64,000 bases of DNA from the NCBI GenBank assembly GCA_002104945.1, contig MCFH01000033.1, positions 372,001 through 436,000 of the forward strand. The letters run 5' to 3'. The notes below the pieces were generated by a model. That model was not told the origin of the DNA. It saw nothing but the letters and a program-made list of their open reading frames with translations, and ran no database searches. This document shows positions 48,004-63,800 of the stretch, piece after piece (position 1 is the first letter of the stretch; each line of letters opens with the position of its first letter). The DNA is from Piromyces finnis finn (taxonomy: Eukaryota > Fungi > Neocallimastigomycota). Made by a program: the position numbers and the translations under genes.

Positions 48004-49885
48004 TTTCCTAATTATTATTTAATTAATATTAAATATCTTCTTTTTTTATATTTTTTATTTTTTTATTTTTTTTTTTTTATTTTTTTTTTATTTTTTTAAT
48101 TTTTGAAAGAAAAGTAGGCCTATTTTTTTTAGTTATATATAAATTTTTTTTATATATGTTTATGTTGCTTATATTGTTTTATTTTTATGTAACAAAGATG
48201 GTTCATGCTGTGATAATAATATGTAGAATTTTAAACTTTAATTATTATTATTATATTAATTAAATTTTCAAAATTTCAATAAAAATCATATAAATTAAAC
48301 TTTCAAAATGTCTTTATTTCTAAAAGTAGTTTTTTATTTTGGTTTGAGATTTAGTATTATTGAGAGAAATGAAATTAAAAGTTTAAAATAATCCAGCCAA
48401 TAAAATTCATTTTTAATTAATTAAGAATACTTGAGTTTAATTGTTATTAAAATCAACGATAAGGAACAATAGAACAAAAAAATACTATTGATTTAAAATG
48501 TTAGTATGATAAAACCATTATAATTTCCCCTTTTTTTCCTAGAGAAAATCTAAATTATGTACTATTATTAGTGAGGAATTTTTTTTTTTTATATTAGTAG
48601 TTCTTTGGATTGAAAATAGGAATATTATTTAATATATATTATTAATAGTTTTTATAATAATAATTAAAAAAATAAAGTAAAAAATCAATAGATAATGATA
48701 TCCTTATAATATTTAATATTAATTATTAATTTTTTTTTTTTAGTAAATATATATTATGAACGGAACATTTAAGTAATGAATGTTCACTATCATAACAATC
48801 TCTTTAACGATAAATAGTGAATTTGTAATTAAATATTATGAACTTAACTTAAGCAATAGAAATAAAGTATAAAATGTGTTAAAGATATATATATATATAT
48901 ATTTCCCCCTACTTTTTATTATTATTTCCGATGTTACAAAGTTTCTTTGTAGAGCTAATAATTATACTTTATTTCTTTTTTATAAAATATATTTAAAGAA
49001 TATATATAAATAAATAAATATATTTAAATAATAATTTAATTTTATTATTAGAGTATTATATATATAAAATAATATCTAAATAACTGATGAGTCACTAGAA
49101 GTAATCCTGAATACTATAAAAAGTAGTATAATTTTTGGTTACACGATATTATAATTAATTAATTATTTATAATTAACAATAGTTTATAAAAAAAATAAAG
49201 TGTTAAATAATACAGTATATAAATTAAATTCAATATACATTTTTACCATTTTTATTTTTATTTTATTAGGTATTTTAATATAATTATTATTTTTTTTATT
49301 ATCATTTTTAAAATGAAAAATATAATAAACATAATATAATGAAAACAAAACAGTAGCTTTAATATTTTTTTTTTTTTTTTTATCAAGACTTAATTTAGAA
49401 AAAAAAAAAAAAAAAAACATTTCATTTTTAACTTAATCCAATTCATTATAATTTTCACAAAAATTAAAAATATTAAATATATACAAAATAGTTTAATATT
49501 AACATTCATGTTTAATAAAATATAAATTTGTAAACTATATTTGTTATATACATTTTTATTTCATTACTTATTTACTTATATTACTACTTTTTGAATTAAA
49601 TTATGATTTTTTGTGATATATATATTATGGTGAATTCTTTTTTAAGGTATTAATAAAAATAAAAATCCATAAAATTTGAAGTTAAAAAAGAGTTATATTT
49701 AATTAAATATTATTGAAATGAAAGTTAAAAAAAAAAAAAGAAAATTATAATAATTATGAAAATAATTATTGTATATTATTATTTAATATTATAAATATTA
49801 TAAATATAATATATATATTCTATTTATATATATATAAATAATATTAAATTGTTGTTTTATTAAATAATAAAAATAATATAAATAT

Positions 49886-50150
49886 TTAATTGTCATTTTC
49901 TAGATCAATGATGATAGTATTATCAGTTTTCTTTGGTGAAACATTGGTTTTCTTTGGTGATATATTATTAGTTGTTATGGTTTTCTTTTTTGGTAAAAAG
50001 TTTAACATTGGCTCTTTTGTTTGTTTCTTTTTATTATCACCATTTGATACTGGTGATTTTATATTTTTGAATATGCTTTTATTTCTTTTTGGTGATGTAA
50101 TTGTTTTTTCAATTTTTAATGAATCTGGTATCTCTGGTTTTTCCATATTC

Positions 50151-50196
<46 letters not shown>

Positions 50197-52990
50197 TATT
50201 AATATAATTATTTAATATAGAGATTTAATTATTATTATTGCTATTCATTTATTTATTTGAAATTATAAACTTACTAATTTCTGATATATTTCATCTTTAA
50301 TGCACCAACAAATTTTCTATTTTAATAATATTTAAAATATTAATTATTTTATTATTATTATTATTTTAAATTAAAAAATAATACCTTACATATGTTAAAT
50401 TTATTATTATTAACTTACCGATACACCTTCAGGTTTTTCTTTTACCGCTATTTCTCTCAATTTCTTTTCGATTTGAATTTTTGGTATGTTTTTAAATCTA
50501 AATTAAATTATAATATATTTAATATTTAATTCTTGTATTCGACTTTTTTTTTTTTTTTTTTAAAATATATGTATATTTATATTTACTCTTCTAATTCCTT
50601 GGCTTCATCGATAATTTTTACCATTCCTTTCAATGAATATTGAACAATCTATTTTTTTTTTTTTTTCATTGTTAAAATTAATATTAAAAATATTTTTAAT
50701 TAAAAAATAATTTGAATATTTAACATACTTTTACAAATATAGACAAATGTTCTTCTGGGAATGGTGTTATCTTTAACTTTTTATCATTTTCTTCATTTAA
50801 ATTGTTATTTGAAGTAATATCATCATTTTGTGGGTATTCTTTAAATGGGTCTAATGGAAAGTCCATATCTATAAAATTAATTATAAAATAATAAAATTAG
50901 TGAGTTATTAATTATTAGTATTGGTTATTTTAGAATTATATATATATATTTATAGCGTACCAGGATCAAGCAATTGAGTTGTGAATTGTGCCAAATTAAT
51001 ATTTTCTGGAATTTCATCATATGAATTTTCAGCATATATTGGTCCAATTATAACTGGAATTAACGGTACAATCTTCATTGGTTTTGGTTCATTCTTTTTA
51101 TCCATTTTATTAACTATTTTTTTTTTTTTTTCATAAATTTTATTAATATTTTAATAAGTAGAATGTATATATTAAAAAATATATAAATTATATAAATTAT
51201 ATTACTTTTTTCTATATCTTCTTCAACACCTTCATCATCTGATAAATATCCATGAGGAACAAGCCAATCATCCTATTATATATATTATATTATATTTATA
51301 AATATTATATTTTTAAATGGAAATACTTTCATATAAAATTATAAATATTTGATTTTGATATACGTACATCCTCTCCTTGTTCATCTTGAGCATCAATCAT
51401 ATCTTCTTCTTCATCTTCTTCGTCACTAAGACATTCTTCACCTTCTTCATCTGCAACCCATTCAATCTCACTATCAAATTCATAATCTAACAGTTCTGTA
51501 TCTTTTTTAAATGGATGTCTACCAGAAATTACTTTTGTTTCTTTTCTCCAAGTACCTGAATTAATTATAATTTTAATGTTAAAATTATAGATACAGAATA
51601 TTGTTATATTTTTATTATTTAAATTATTAATATATATTAATTTATACTTACCATAATAAGCTGGTCTATGATTTTCAAAAAATTGAAGTAATTTCATTTT
51701 ATATTGTGGTAAGGCATTTCCATCGGTTAAGTCAACAATGTCTGAATCTATTAACTTTTGCTTTTCTTCTTTACGTTTTTTAATGATATTTTTGATTTTT
51801 CTTTCCTTAATAATTGATAAATAATGGTCTAAGGATACTATATTAAAAAATATTCAAATAAAAATAAGATGAAATTATTATGGTTTACATTGAATTAAAT
51901 GGATGAAATGACTTTTATTAATCGTATAAAATACAATAATATAAATACCATCTTCATCACAACTCATTTTATCCTCCTTATCAAAGTTATATTCAGCCTT
52001 AATATCATTGAAATAATTTAATGGAGCAATTTTTGTATTTGATTTTATATAAAAGGATTTGAATCTATTATCAAATTCCATATTTTGTTTTTCTTATTGA
52101 AAACAATAAATAATATATATATTTAAGTTAAATATTATGGATGACCTAATTATGATTGCTTTACATTATATACAAACCTTGAATTGTCTCTGGTATTACT
52201 TTTTCTTCTATCTTTTTTCTTTTTATCGGTGAGAAGAAACCAGAAATACTTCTTTGACCCTGTATCTATATATATTTTTAAAGATTAATTACAAATTAAT
52301 ATATATAGTATATATAACTTATTATTTATAATAATTATTCTATTATTTTATAAATTATTACTTGATCTAATTTTCTTTTATCATTTTCTTTTGGTAGTAG
52401 CTCCGCTGTTTTTTCGTTCTTTTAAATTTGAAAAAAAAAAAAAGTTACATTAGTATTTGAATTTTACTTTAGAAATCATGAGAAATTTTGAAAATTTATT
52501 TACCTTTTCTTTTTCCTCTGTTTTATTATTATTCTGAGCTTTTTGTTCATTAGTATTCTCAGCTTCCTTTTCCTAAGTTTTTTTTTTTTTTGTATTGCGA
52601 TATTTAATATTTAATATTAATAATTATCATAAAATAGGATCAAATAATGAACTTACTGTATCATTAGTTTTATTTTCTTCAGCTATTATTGGCTTTCTTT
52701 TCTTACTTCTAAATAACAAAGTTTTTTCTTCTTCAGACATATTATCTACAATTTTCTTTAATATATCCGAAGCCTATTTTGATTTATTAATATTTACTGT
52801 TAATATTTATTTTATATTTCTATTAAAACTAGTTATTCGTAAATAAAACATACTCTTTCACGAATTTTTCTTCTTAATTTTATTTTTTCTTGAATAGGTT
52901 TTGGTAACCATTCAAGATTTTTAACTTCCCAACGAAATATGGCAAGATTCTTTAAATAAATATATAAATAAAAGAGAAATTAATACAAAT

Positions 52991-53030
<40 letters not shown>

Positions 53031-55614
53031 AATTATAATATTTACTGGATAGTAAGATCCTTCTTTTTCAATTCCATAGTTTTTTCTTACAGCAACATTA
53101 CGAATTGCTGCTGATACAGCAGATCTTAATAATATAGAATCATCTTTTTTTATTTAACATTACAAATTTATTTAAATATATATATATTTAATTAATTAAA
53201 TGGTTATTAAAATTCTAAACTATTAAAATAAGATTCGATTATTATTTTCTATATACCTTCTTCATCTTCATCAGTAGGATTTAAGCTTTGGAAAACAGAA
53301 TATGATAGACTATTCTCACTTGCATCACTTTTTAAATATATATATTTTTATATATTTTAATTTTCATAATTATCTTATTTACATTAAATATTTCATTATT
53401 ATCATTATTACCTATCTTGAACAAGTTTTGCTATTAATGAATTAAATCTTTCTGGTACTTTTGTGATAGATTCAACTTGTGTATTTCTAAATTCGTGGAA
53501 ACAAAGAAGTTCTGCATATTTTATTTTAATAGTCAAAGTTTATAAAATAATATTAATTTATTACTATTATTGTTTTCAACTATATATATGATTTTTACCA
53601 ATTAAAGTTTCAGAAAGAGTATCAATTTGGATTTTCTTTTCGTGGAAAATAACTCTTCTATTCTTCAATTCAACAATCTTTAATAATAAAACATAAGTTA
53701 ATACTATTGATTCATTATTATATAAAAATTAATTTTTATAATTATTTTTTTTTTTTAATGTATGTTTACTTCATTATCCGGTATTTCTTGATTATGAATA
53801 TTAATATATTATTAATAAAAATATAAATAAAGATAATTCTATTGTTAATATTACTAAAGATTAGTGTTGTTTTATTTGTATTACTAATATTTTACCATCA
53901 ATATTTCTTTTATTTTTAATTTTAGTTTTTGATGATGAATTATTATTTTGACTTATTTTTGGATTGGTGCTTGTTTCAGTGATATTTTCATCAGTATTTT
54001 CGTTCTTATTCTTATCTACTTTTTTATCTTTATGTTCTTTTTTCTTTTCTTTTTTCTTTTCCTTTTTACTTTTCTTTTTGTTATTTTTTATTTTTTTGGA
54101 TATATCATCAGTTTGACTTGATGATAATAAGTTATTTTCCCTTAGTATTTTTTTATCATCACAATCCTCTGTTTCTATTGATATCTTTGAACTTTTATTA
54201 TTTAATCTTGCTTCTACTTCTGAATCAATATTTAAATCTGAACTTGTGAAAGAAGATAATGTTTCAATACTAATATCAGAATCATAATCTAATTTTTAAT
54301 AAATATAGTTGTGTGTGTTTAATGTTATAATTATATTATATAAAGTATATATAATCATATAATCATATATTTATTACTATTTTGTTATTATTTAAAAGTA
54401 TATTTCCAATATTTTAGTAAAATAAAAATGTAATGTATACCGGTATCATTTTTATTAATAGCTTCCTTTTTAGTTATCGATTGGGTGTTGTCGTTATTAT
54501 TATTTTCATTTTTATTTCCATTTTCATTATCCAAGTCCTTATCTTTTTCCTTTATAGTTTCCTTTTTTATTTTTCCTTTTTTATTTTTATCCTTTGAATC
54601 TTTTATTTCATTTTCGTTTTCTTCAACCTTTCTCTTTAAATCCATTTTTTCTTCATTACTAATGTTATTTATTTTAATGTCTTTTTTATCATTATCATTT
54701 TCAGCATTTTCTTCTTTTTTCTTTTTTATAATTTTACTGTTATCTTCTTGTTTTTTACAATTATCTTTTGAATCTATTTTTTCTTTCTCGGTTATTTCTT
54801 CTTTAATAACAATTACATTTACTGGATTTTCATTTTCAGATTTTTTTTCCTTATCAATATCAACCATAATAATATTTTCACTTTTTCTATTAGTATTATC
54901 AATTAATACTACCAGTTCTGAATTATTATTATTAATTATCTTATCATTATCATCAATTAAAATAACATCATTTTCTTAATTATTGAATTAATTAGATTTT
55001 TATTATAATTATTGTGATAAAAGTGTTAATTATTAATTATTGAATTAATTAGATTTTTATTATAATTAATGTGATAAAAGTGTTAATTATTATTTATTAA
55101 ATTAATTAGATTTTTATTATAATTAGGTGATAAAAGTATTAATAATGAAAAGGTATTTGGGATATAATAATAATTTTATAATAAATTAAAAAATTAAAAT
55201 GTTATTATTTTTTTTTTTTTTTGAGAATTATATAAAATTTATCGAAAATAATATATATTTCTTAAAAATTTTCAATTTACTGTTTTCCAATTTTTCATTT
55301 TTACCTTTTACTTCATTTTCATTATCATTATTTTCTGAATTTTTTACTCTTTTGGCTTTACGTGAAGTTATTAAAAATGAATCGATAGTTCTTATACGTT
55401 TCAAAGATGTTTCTTTTGAGTTTTTAGTGATTGAGTCTTTTGATTTTTTTGTAGGTGAATTTTGCTTAGGGTTTGGAGAGTGTATTATTTTTTTACTTGG
55501 TGAAGTATTTTTTGAATAATCATTTTCGCTTTCATTTAATACATGTTGATTTAAATTATCATCTTCATTGGAAGAATTTTGATTTGAAACTGAATTTAAA
55601 TTTGAACCCAACAT
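49886..55614 (-). CDS. CAC1: Chromatin assembly factor 1 large subunit (p150/Cac1/Rlf2); multi-exon, not all boundaries resolved
   Basis: Exons encode LIAKLVQDS, LAIFRWEVK, KLLQFFENHRPAYYGTW, HPFKKDTELLDYEFDSEIEW..EEGEECLSDEED and DWLVPHGYLSDDEG, plus Lys/Glu-rich coiled-coil exons. ATG at 55614, stop at 49886. Confidence 0.85.
54977..55140. repeat. About 3 tandem 57-bp AT-rich units in a CAF-1 intron
   Basis: attaattagatttttattataatt..gtgataaaagt recurs at 57-bp spacing (anchors 54985, 55042, 55099). Confidence 0.85.
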
Positions 55615-56873
55615 TATAATTTAGTATTATTTTGAATTTTTTTTTTTTTATGTAATAAATATATATTTTTTTTATTTTAATTTGTCAAATTGAATAATAT
55701 ATATATATTGAAATGATTTGTATATAAGTTTTAAATTAAATTTAATAATTGAAATCTAATGTAATTAGATAAATAAGAAGACAAAGAGTTATTTATAAAT
55801 ATTAAAAAAATTTTGGTTCAATATAGAATGTTATTAATTAAAATAACATTAATAATTTTCCAATTTATTTAAATGAATTATTTCATTTTTTTTTTATTTC
55901 TTTTAAATTGTTATTCACCAAATATTATATATATATATTTTCTTTCAACCTATTTATTTATATTCTGTGAAAAATAAATGATAAATATATATATTCTAAC
56001 AAAACTTTAGATTTATTCAATTCTTTTTATCCATAAAACAAATGCTATTTGTTTTAAATAGAATAATTCAAAAAATATAAAATATAAAAATTTTTTTTAT
56101 TATTCTATTAAAAAAAAAAAAAATTTTTTTTCTTTGAAATCCTTAATAATTAATTATGGATTTATAATAACTTTTTTATTATATATTTTTAAATTTCTCT
56201 TTTTCTTTTTTTATTTTTTATTATCTATTTTACCTGCCAATACGATACTTCTTAATAAAATAAATTAAATAATTACATTAATTAATTAGTTAAATTATTA
56301 AATATTTAAAATAATTTATATATCTAAAATATTAATAATGTTAAAAAAAGAATTTTTTTTTTTTTTTTTCTTTTTTTGCATTAAATATAGAAAAATATTA
56401 AAAAATTCTAAGAATAAGTATTGGTATATTGGTATTGCAAAACAATTACCAAAGAAGTTTTATATTAATTTTAATAAAAATAATAATAGTGTAGATAATT
56501 TTTATTGTTAAAATTTTAATATTATAATATATATTTAAAATGTTATAAATAATGAAAAAGTAAAAAAAAAACAAATCAATTAATTGAATATAAAGTATTA
56601 AACCATCAAAATGTAATACACATTTTGAAAAATCATTAATTTTAAAAGCTAAATATTTTAATAATGAATCATGTATATTATTTTCAAAAATTAAGGTATA
56701 TAAATTTGCATTTGCTTTTTCTTTTCAATTCATTGCTTGTTGTATTTTTAAACTTTTTTTTTTAATAAAAAAGTAGAATTAATTTAAAATAAAATGAAAC
56801 CTATGAATAACTATTAAACTTTACCAATATAATAATTCTTGTGGAATTTGAGATTAATTAAAACTTTTTATAT

Positions 56874-56883
56874 ATCACGTGAT
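56874..56883. promoter_or_regulatory. Palindromic E-box ATCACGTGAT in the divergent CAC1/deaminase promoter
   Basis: Perfect 10-bp palindrome with CACGTG core, ~108 bp upstream of the ATG at 56991, in DNA otherwise almost free of CpG. Confidence 0.35.
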
Positions 56884-56990
56884 TCTCTATATGAATTAAT
56901 GGAGAAATACCATTTACATTTTTAATATTTTTTTTTAAATTTTAATTTTATATCTCTTTATTATTTAAACTAGATATTTATTTGAAAATA

Positions 56991-57915
56991 ATGGAACAAA
57001 AATCTCAAGAAGGTATAAATGAATAAGAATATATTTAACAATAATAAAATACATTAAACAAAAAAAAGAATAAAACGTTATTTAAAATATATATATTTAT
57101 AAATCAAACTTTGAAATTCCTACTTTAATTCAAAATGGAGTATAATAATTTTAAATTAAAATGAAATCTTGCTTCTTAATTGTGCTTTACAATTTATTTT
57201 CTTTTTCCACAAAAATACTTAAATAGTAGAATATCATAATAAAATATAAATATATTTAAATTAATATTAATAATGGGAAAATGAGAATAACTTTTTTTTT
57301 TATATATGAGCGATGATAATAAATCTTTTATAATTAACTATTGAGAGGAAGAATTCATTTTTTTTATTTTAAATATCAAAAATTCAATATTTAATAGAAA
57401 TTTCATGTTTTTATATATATTTAATATTTTGTATTTAAGAGTTAGATAAATATTACATGAAGCTTGCTATTGATGAAGCTAATAAATCAATTCCATTGGA
57501 AAGTGCCTATTGTGTTGGTGCTGTTTTAGTCCATCCAGAAAAAAATATTATTCTTGCCACTGGATTTTCACGTGAACTCCCAGGAAATACGCATGCAGAA
57601 GAATGTTGCTTTCTAAAACTTCAAAATCAAGAAAAAGAAAATATTATTCCATCTGCTGCTGACCTTATGAAAAACAGTACAATTTATACCACTATGGAAC
57701 CATGCTCTAAAAGATTATCTGGTAATAAGCCATGTGTTGATCATATTCTTAATTATAATGTTTCACGTGTAGTAATGGGTGTGAAAGAACCACAAAACTT
57801 TGTTCATTGTACTGGTGTTCAACTCTTAAGAGATAAAGGTGTAGAAGTTACTATTCTTGATGGATTTGAAGAACAGTGTTTAAAACCAAACAGACATCTA
57901 AATTTAAAATTATAA
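56991..57915 (+). CDS. Cytidine-deaminase-fold riboflavin pathway deaminase (RibD/Rib2 deaminase domain); exons 56991-57012 and 57440-57915
   Basis: YMKLAIDEA, AYCVGAVLV, TGFSRELPGNTHAEECC, IYTTMEPCSKRLSGNKPC, VVMGVKEP: HAE and PCxxC Zn ligands. GT..AG intron 57013-57439 is in phase. Confidence 0.88.
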
Positions 57916-58084
57916 AAATGATACAATAATATTCACATTATATAGTTTCCTTTTCTCTCTCTCTCTCTTTTTTTTTTTTGTAAAACAAATAAAAAAGAAT
58001 ATTAAAAATTATTTAAAAAAGATAAGTATTCAAAATTTCATTCCACAATAAAGTAATTTCTTTATATTAAAAAAAAAGTAAAAG

Positions 58085-58116
<32 letters not shown>

Positions 58117-58265
58117 TTATTTGATTATTATTTATTATGATTTTTTTTTTTTTTTAATATATATGCTTTTTCTTTTTCTTTATAAATTATTATTATTATT
58201 TTTTTTTTTTTAAAATTATTGTTATCTTTTATTTTAATTTTTTTTTATTTTTTAATTTTTTTTTC

Positions 58266-58296
<31 letters not shown>

Positions 58297-58385
58297 ATTT
58301 GCAAAGCTATCTAAAAGTTACTTTGTTAATATAAATTAAACATTTTATAATTTCAAATATTTGTTAATTAAAATATTGAGTTAAA

Positions 58386-60395
58386 TTATAAAATTTGAGT
58401 ATTAACAATAGATTCTATGGTATTATCTATATCTTTAATTTCATTATCGAATTCTTCTTCTTTCTTTAAAAATTCTTTTTCGGCAGTTTCTTTTTTATCT
58501 GATTCTAATTTTTCAGTACGTAATATATGAGCATAACCTCTTTTACCCTTTTCATTAATTTTTTGAACCTTTTTATCTATTAAATCAAGTAAAGTATTAA
58601 CATTCTTTGCTAATTGATGTTGTTCAATTTCTTTCAAAAGATCTTGGTTTCTAATTAACGCATCAGTAGATTCTCTTAATTTATCTCCAACAAGTTGAAT
58701 AGAAAGCTTATAAGCATCTTCATCTTTTGTTTGAACAAAAGTTTCATTTACACTTGTAAGTTTACTTACTACCTTTAATGCAGTACTAGTGTGAGAAGCA
58801 ACAGACTCCCAGTAAGAAACAGCAAGATCATGAAGATCAGCTCTTGGATCCTATTTTAATATATTTTATATAAATATAAGTCAATTTTCATTAAAATAAT
58901 CTAGAATTATTAGTAGATATTTTTATAATGGTAAAAAAAAAAAACTATTATTACCTTAACAATACTTAAATCAAGTCTTGTCCAAATCATAGAAATAAGG
59001 AATAAAGAGAAAATGAATAATGAAACAACTAATGGTTTTTGAACAGTGAAGTAGAATGGTAAAGAATAGGAAATCTTTTTTTAAATTAACAATAAAATAT
59101 AAATGTAATATTGAATTTATAAATATTAGATATATGTTAAAATAGTATTAAAAATAATACATAAAAATAAAATACTTACTTGGAAGTATTGGAAGTGATC
59201 ATCACAAACATTATCTTTTTCTAATACAATAGTTGGTCTACCTGTAGTATCTAAGTAAGAATAAGTCATCTTTCTTTCTTCGGAATCAAAACTGTATGGA
59301 AGATGAATATCAACATTTCTTGCACCTTCTGGTAAAACTACGGTAAGTTTAAAGTGATCAATTGGAATATGTTTTAATGATAATACAATTGGAGCTTGGA
59401 AAACAAACTTTTTTATTTTTGGATTATATTTAACATTTCCATCTAAAGGATTGTTGTATCCTTGACTCCAGGTGTATTTCCAACCTCCAAATAATGGATA
59501 TCTTGGTAAAACTTGTAATAAAGTTCTGGTATCATCTTTATGGAAAGCAGAGGTTGAAACATTACCAATAGTATCAACAAAGAAAATATCATGGGCTCTT
59601 GGTGGAAGAACAAAAATCATATCTTTAACAGATGATGGTGTTTCAGTGTAAAATTGTGACTTTTGGAATGCAATTCTATTAAAATTATTCTTTAATCTTA
59701 TATTTAATTGTAGTGCATATGTATAATTTCATTTTTTTTATTTTGGAATAAACCAAATATTATAATATAAAAAAAAAAAAAGAAAAAATTAATTTTACAA
59801 TTATTTACATTTAGAGTTTTATATAAATTATTATTCATTAAAATAAAATTAAGGTGTAATCAATATTTACTGTGAGCCATCATGGTGAACAATTAAATCT
59901 TCTTTAAAGTTAACGGTGTGACCCCAGTGAGAAACTTCAATAGTTCTATCAAGTTTTTCAAAGTGAATTAAACGATCTTTAAATTTGTAATGAATAGATA
60001 CAATTTTTTCGGTACCTGGAGCAATGTTTTCATATGGACCATAATAAACATCATTATCATCTTCTTTAACTGGAGCTGGTTCTTGTGAATATGATTTAAT
60101 AGTATCACCAATCCTATTTATTCAGATTACAAATGGAAATTAGGTTATTTTGACTTTGAGTAGAAATTATTAATATAATATAAAATATTACTTGATAGTA
60201 GTTTTTTGTTTAGTAATGGTGTATGGACTTAAATAATAAACGTTACTACTGAATAAAACATATTGATCATCATTTTGGTTGATGTATTTTGGGTATGGTT
60301 TTAAAATTTTAACATATGAAACTTCAACATTTACGATGACTCTTTCACCTATTTTAAGTGGTTCTTCTAAATCAACCTTAAAATATTGTAAATCG

Positions 60396-60442
<47 letters not shown>

Positions 60443-60855
60443 ATTATTGTAATAACATATAAAATATTAATTAACTTATTGAATATAATCATATAAATTC
60501 TATAGTGATTTAATTTTGTTAATATATTTATTGATATATCATTATCTGCCTTTATTATTTACCTATCTTCTTCTTCCTTTTCTTGAGTAATGGTGAGTAT
60601 ATTTTCCTTATCAACTTTTGTGAAAGCAACCATGGTTGAAATATTTGGAATTAAATCCTTTTTATAAGCTAAATAAAAGAAATTTGCACCATCTTCCTTA
60701 CTCTTTACTGATATGGCAATATTTTCACGAACAACACTTGAATTTACTTCAAATTGACGATGTAAATTATTAATAAAAACATTGTCTGGAACTTCTAAAG
60801 CATTAACCACTGATAAGAATAATGCTATAAATAAAGAAATAAACTTTAATTGCAT
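58386..60855 (-). CDS. OST1: Oligosaccharyltransferase subunit 1 (ribophorin I); exons 60855-60563, 60395-60192, 60113-59871, 59696-59180, 59074-58955, 58850-58386
   Basis: Signal peptide; IEVSHWG, PRYPLFGGWKY, YSYLDTTGRPTIVLEK, one TM helix and a cytosolic helical tail. All introns are GT..AG and in phase. Confidence 0.92.
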
Positions 60856-63800
60856 TTTATATTGTTTATTTTTATAATAGTTTTCCTTTCTTTTTTACTA
60901 AAAATCATAATATATTATATATATATAAAGAATATTTTATTAATATACTATTATATTATTATTATTATTTTTTTATTCAAACATTAAATAAATAACTTTA
61001 CTATTAATTGATAATAAATAAATAATTAATATTTCATCTACAGAAATTAATAGAAATTTTATAATGCATTACTACTATTTATTATTAATTGTAATTATAT
61101 ATATAATATAATTATAAAAAAAAAAGTATCAAAAAATAATGATCGTATTAAAAATTTCAAAAATGAAATTATTTAATATATAATATATTAAAATAAATAG
61201 TAAATAAATATTATAAATGTTTGCCAGTTATTAGAATTTCATATTCTTTTATTCTTATGAGATAAACAAAAATATTAAAATATTACTATTTTTTATCATT
61301 TTGTTTCATTAATTAATACCACTAATGAATAAATTATATGAAATAACCAAATTGAATATATATATATAAAGCAGATGTTATATAAATTTTATTAACAAAA
61401 ATAACTTTTTTTTTTTAATTACCTTTTATTTTTCTTTTGTTTAATTTTATTTTAAATTTTCTTTTTTCTTTATTTTTTTTTAATTTTGAGATTTTTCCTG
61501 ATAAAAAACAACTTTGTCTATAATTAATTGTTATTATTCTATCTATTGTTAATAAATACTTTATAATAATTAAATCTATGCTTAATTAATTTAATACTTC
61601 CAAATAATTTATATAAAATGTGGAAATACAATTATTATAAAATATTATTATTAAAAAGTAAAGATGTAATATTTAACAAAATAATTATAAAAATAAATAT
61701 AACCAAATATAAAATTTCATATTTTTAATAATAATATTATAATTTAATCTATCATTATATATTAAATTTTGCAATACCAAATGTTTTTATAAATAAAAAT
61801 TAATTTTTTTTTTAATTAATTAATTAATAATAATAAGGATATTAAAAGAATGTATTAGTATACATTTGTATAAAATATTGTATTTAAAACGTTTTTATAT
61901 TTTTTTGTTAGTATAATACAATGGAATACAACCATTTTTAATCAAGTTTTTTTTTTATTATTGTAAATAGAAAAAAAGAATAGTAATAAATAGATATATA
62001 TTTAAAGATTTATATAATAAAAATAAAAAAAAATTGGTAATTAATATATATTAACTTTAATGATATCACATCATAAAAAATATGATATATGCTATATAAT
62101 TATTATTTTTGCCAAATTATTTTATAAGTGAATTATGAAAATATGCTTAGTACATTGAAATCGAAAATTATTAAAGAACATATTGTATGTAAAAAAAAAA
62201 AAGAAAATTTAAATAATATAAGAAAAATAAATATTTTTTGAATTAATAATTGTTTATGATCATTTTAAAAAATAAGATTATTTCGATTCTTTTAAATAAT
62301 ATTAATGAGTTATATATCGAATATGTATTTTTTTAATGTATTTTTATTTTTTATTATATAAATATAATAAATACAATAATAAACATAATATAATAATAAT
62401 AATAATAATAATAATAAGATGATGATGATGAAGAAGAAAAAAAGAATAATAATAAGAAAAAGAAAAAGAAGAAGAAGAAAAAAAAAAAAAAAAAGAATAG
62501 TAATAATAATAATTAGAATAATAAACATAATAATAATAAAAAGTATTTAAAAGATTAGCAACAAATGTAATTTTATTAATTCTATTATTTCATTATGTTA
62601 TTTTTTCTATAGTGAATATAATGAGATGTTAAACTTTTTAAAATGAAACATACTTTTTTTTTTTTTTAGAATAAGCAGTAACATCAATAATACTAATTGT
62701 AATTCCATTAACAGCAATCAAATAAAATTCTTCCCAAAATACAAAAATACAGAACTTACTTTTTTAATTTAAGATTTAATTTCAGTTTAACAAATGATAT
62801 ATTGTTATGTAATATATATATTATAATATATTAGAAAGGTATATCTATTAATTAAAAATTTAAAGGATAAAAATTTAATGCATCCATTTTTTAATTTCAT
62901 TTATTATTTTATAATATACATAAAATAAAATTAATTTATTTTATAATATATTATGTAATATATTCTGAAATATATCATTTTTTATTTAGTTATCAATTAC
63001 ATTTTTTTAATTTTTAATAATTATAAGCTTTTAAATAAAAAAGAGATAACTTTTTAAATTACAATATATATTTATATATTATAATATTATATTAAAATCA
63101 AATCTGTATATTTAATATGATAATAGTAATACATCCAAATAATAATATTTAATTATCTTATTAAATTCCTGTATAAATATATAATTTAAAAAAAAATCTT
63201 TTTTTTTTTTAAGAAGCACTTTTAATTTTTTTATTTATATTTATTATTTCCTCATTTTATAATATATATAATTATTATTCTATCTCTTACTTTCTGTCAA
63301 TAACTTTGGAGAAGAAATGTAATTGAATTGTTTATTATTATTTTATATTTAAATATATTAATAATATCTATAATAAATAAATAAATACATAAATATGAAG
63401 AAAAAAGATTTGTAAAAATTATTCTTGCCCAATTACAAATATATATTTTTTTAAAAAAGTCATATAATATATATATATATAAAAGAACAAATTGAAGGAA
63501 CAAAAAATATAAAAAATACAAAATACATATATATTTGAAATAGAAGAAATAAAAGAAATCATATTAATCAAGAAAACATAGATAATTAATAAATATATAA
63601 ATATATTGAAAACAGCTGTTTTTCATATTTACTTTACTATCAAAGTATTTTTTTTTTTTTTCGAAAATATAATGTTTTTATAAAATTTTTGAAAATGAAA
63701 TATTTATATATAAGTAAATATTATATTCAATAAAATAAGCAAACTTAAATTTTATGATCTAAAAAGCAATAATAGAATAAATATTTAATATTAGATAATA

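Noticed and set aside
49084-49135. Hammerhead or C/D snoRNA-like CTGATGAG...CTGAATAC...GTA
   Set aside because: Core reads GAAUAC rather than GAAAC, stems I and II do not form, and the C-to-D box distance is too short for a snoRNA.
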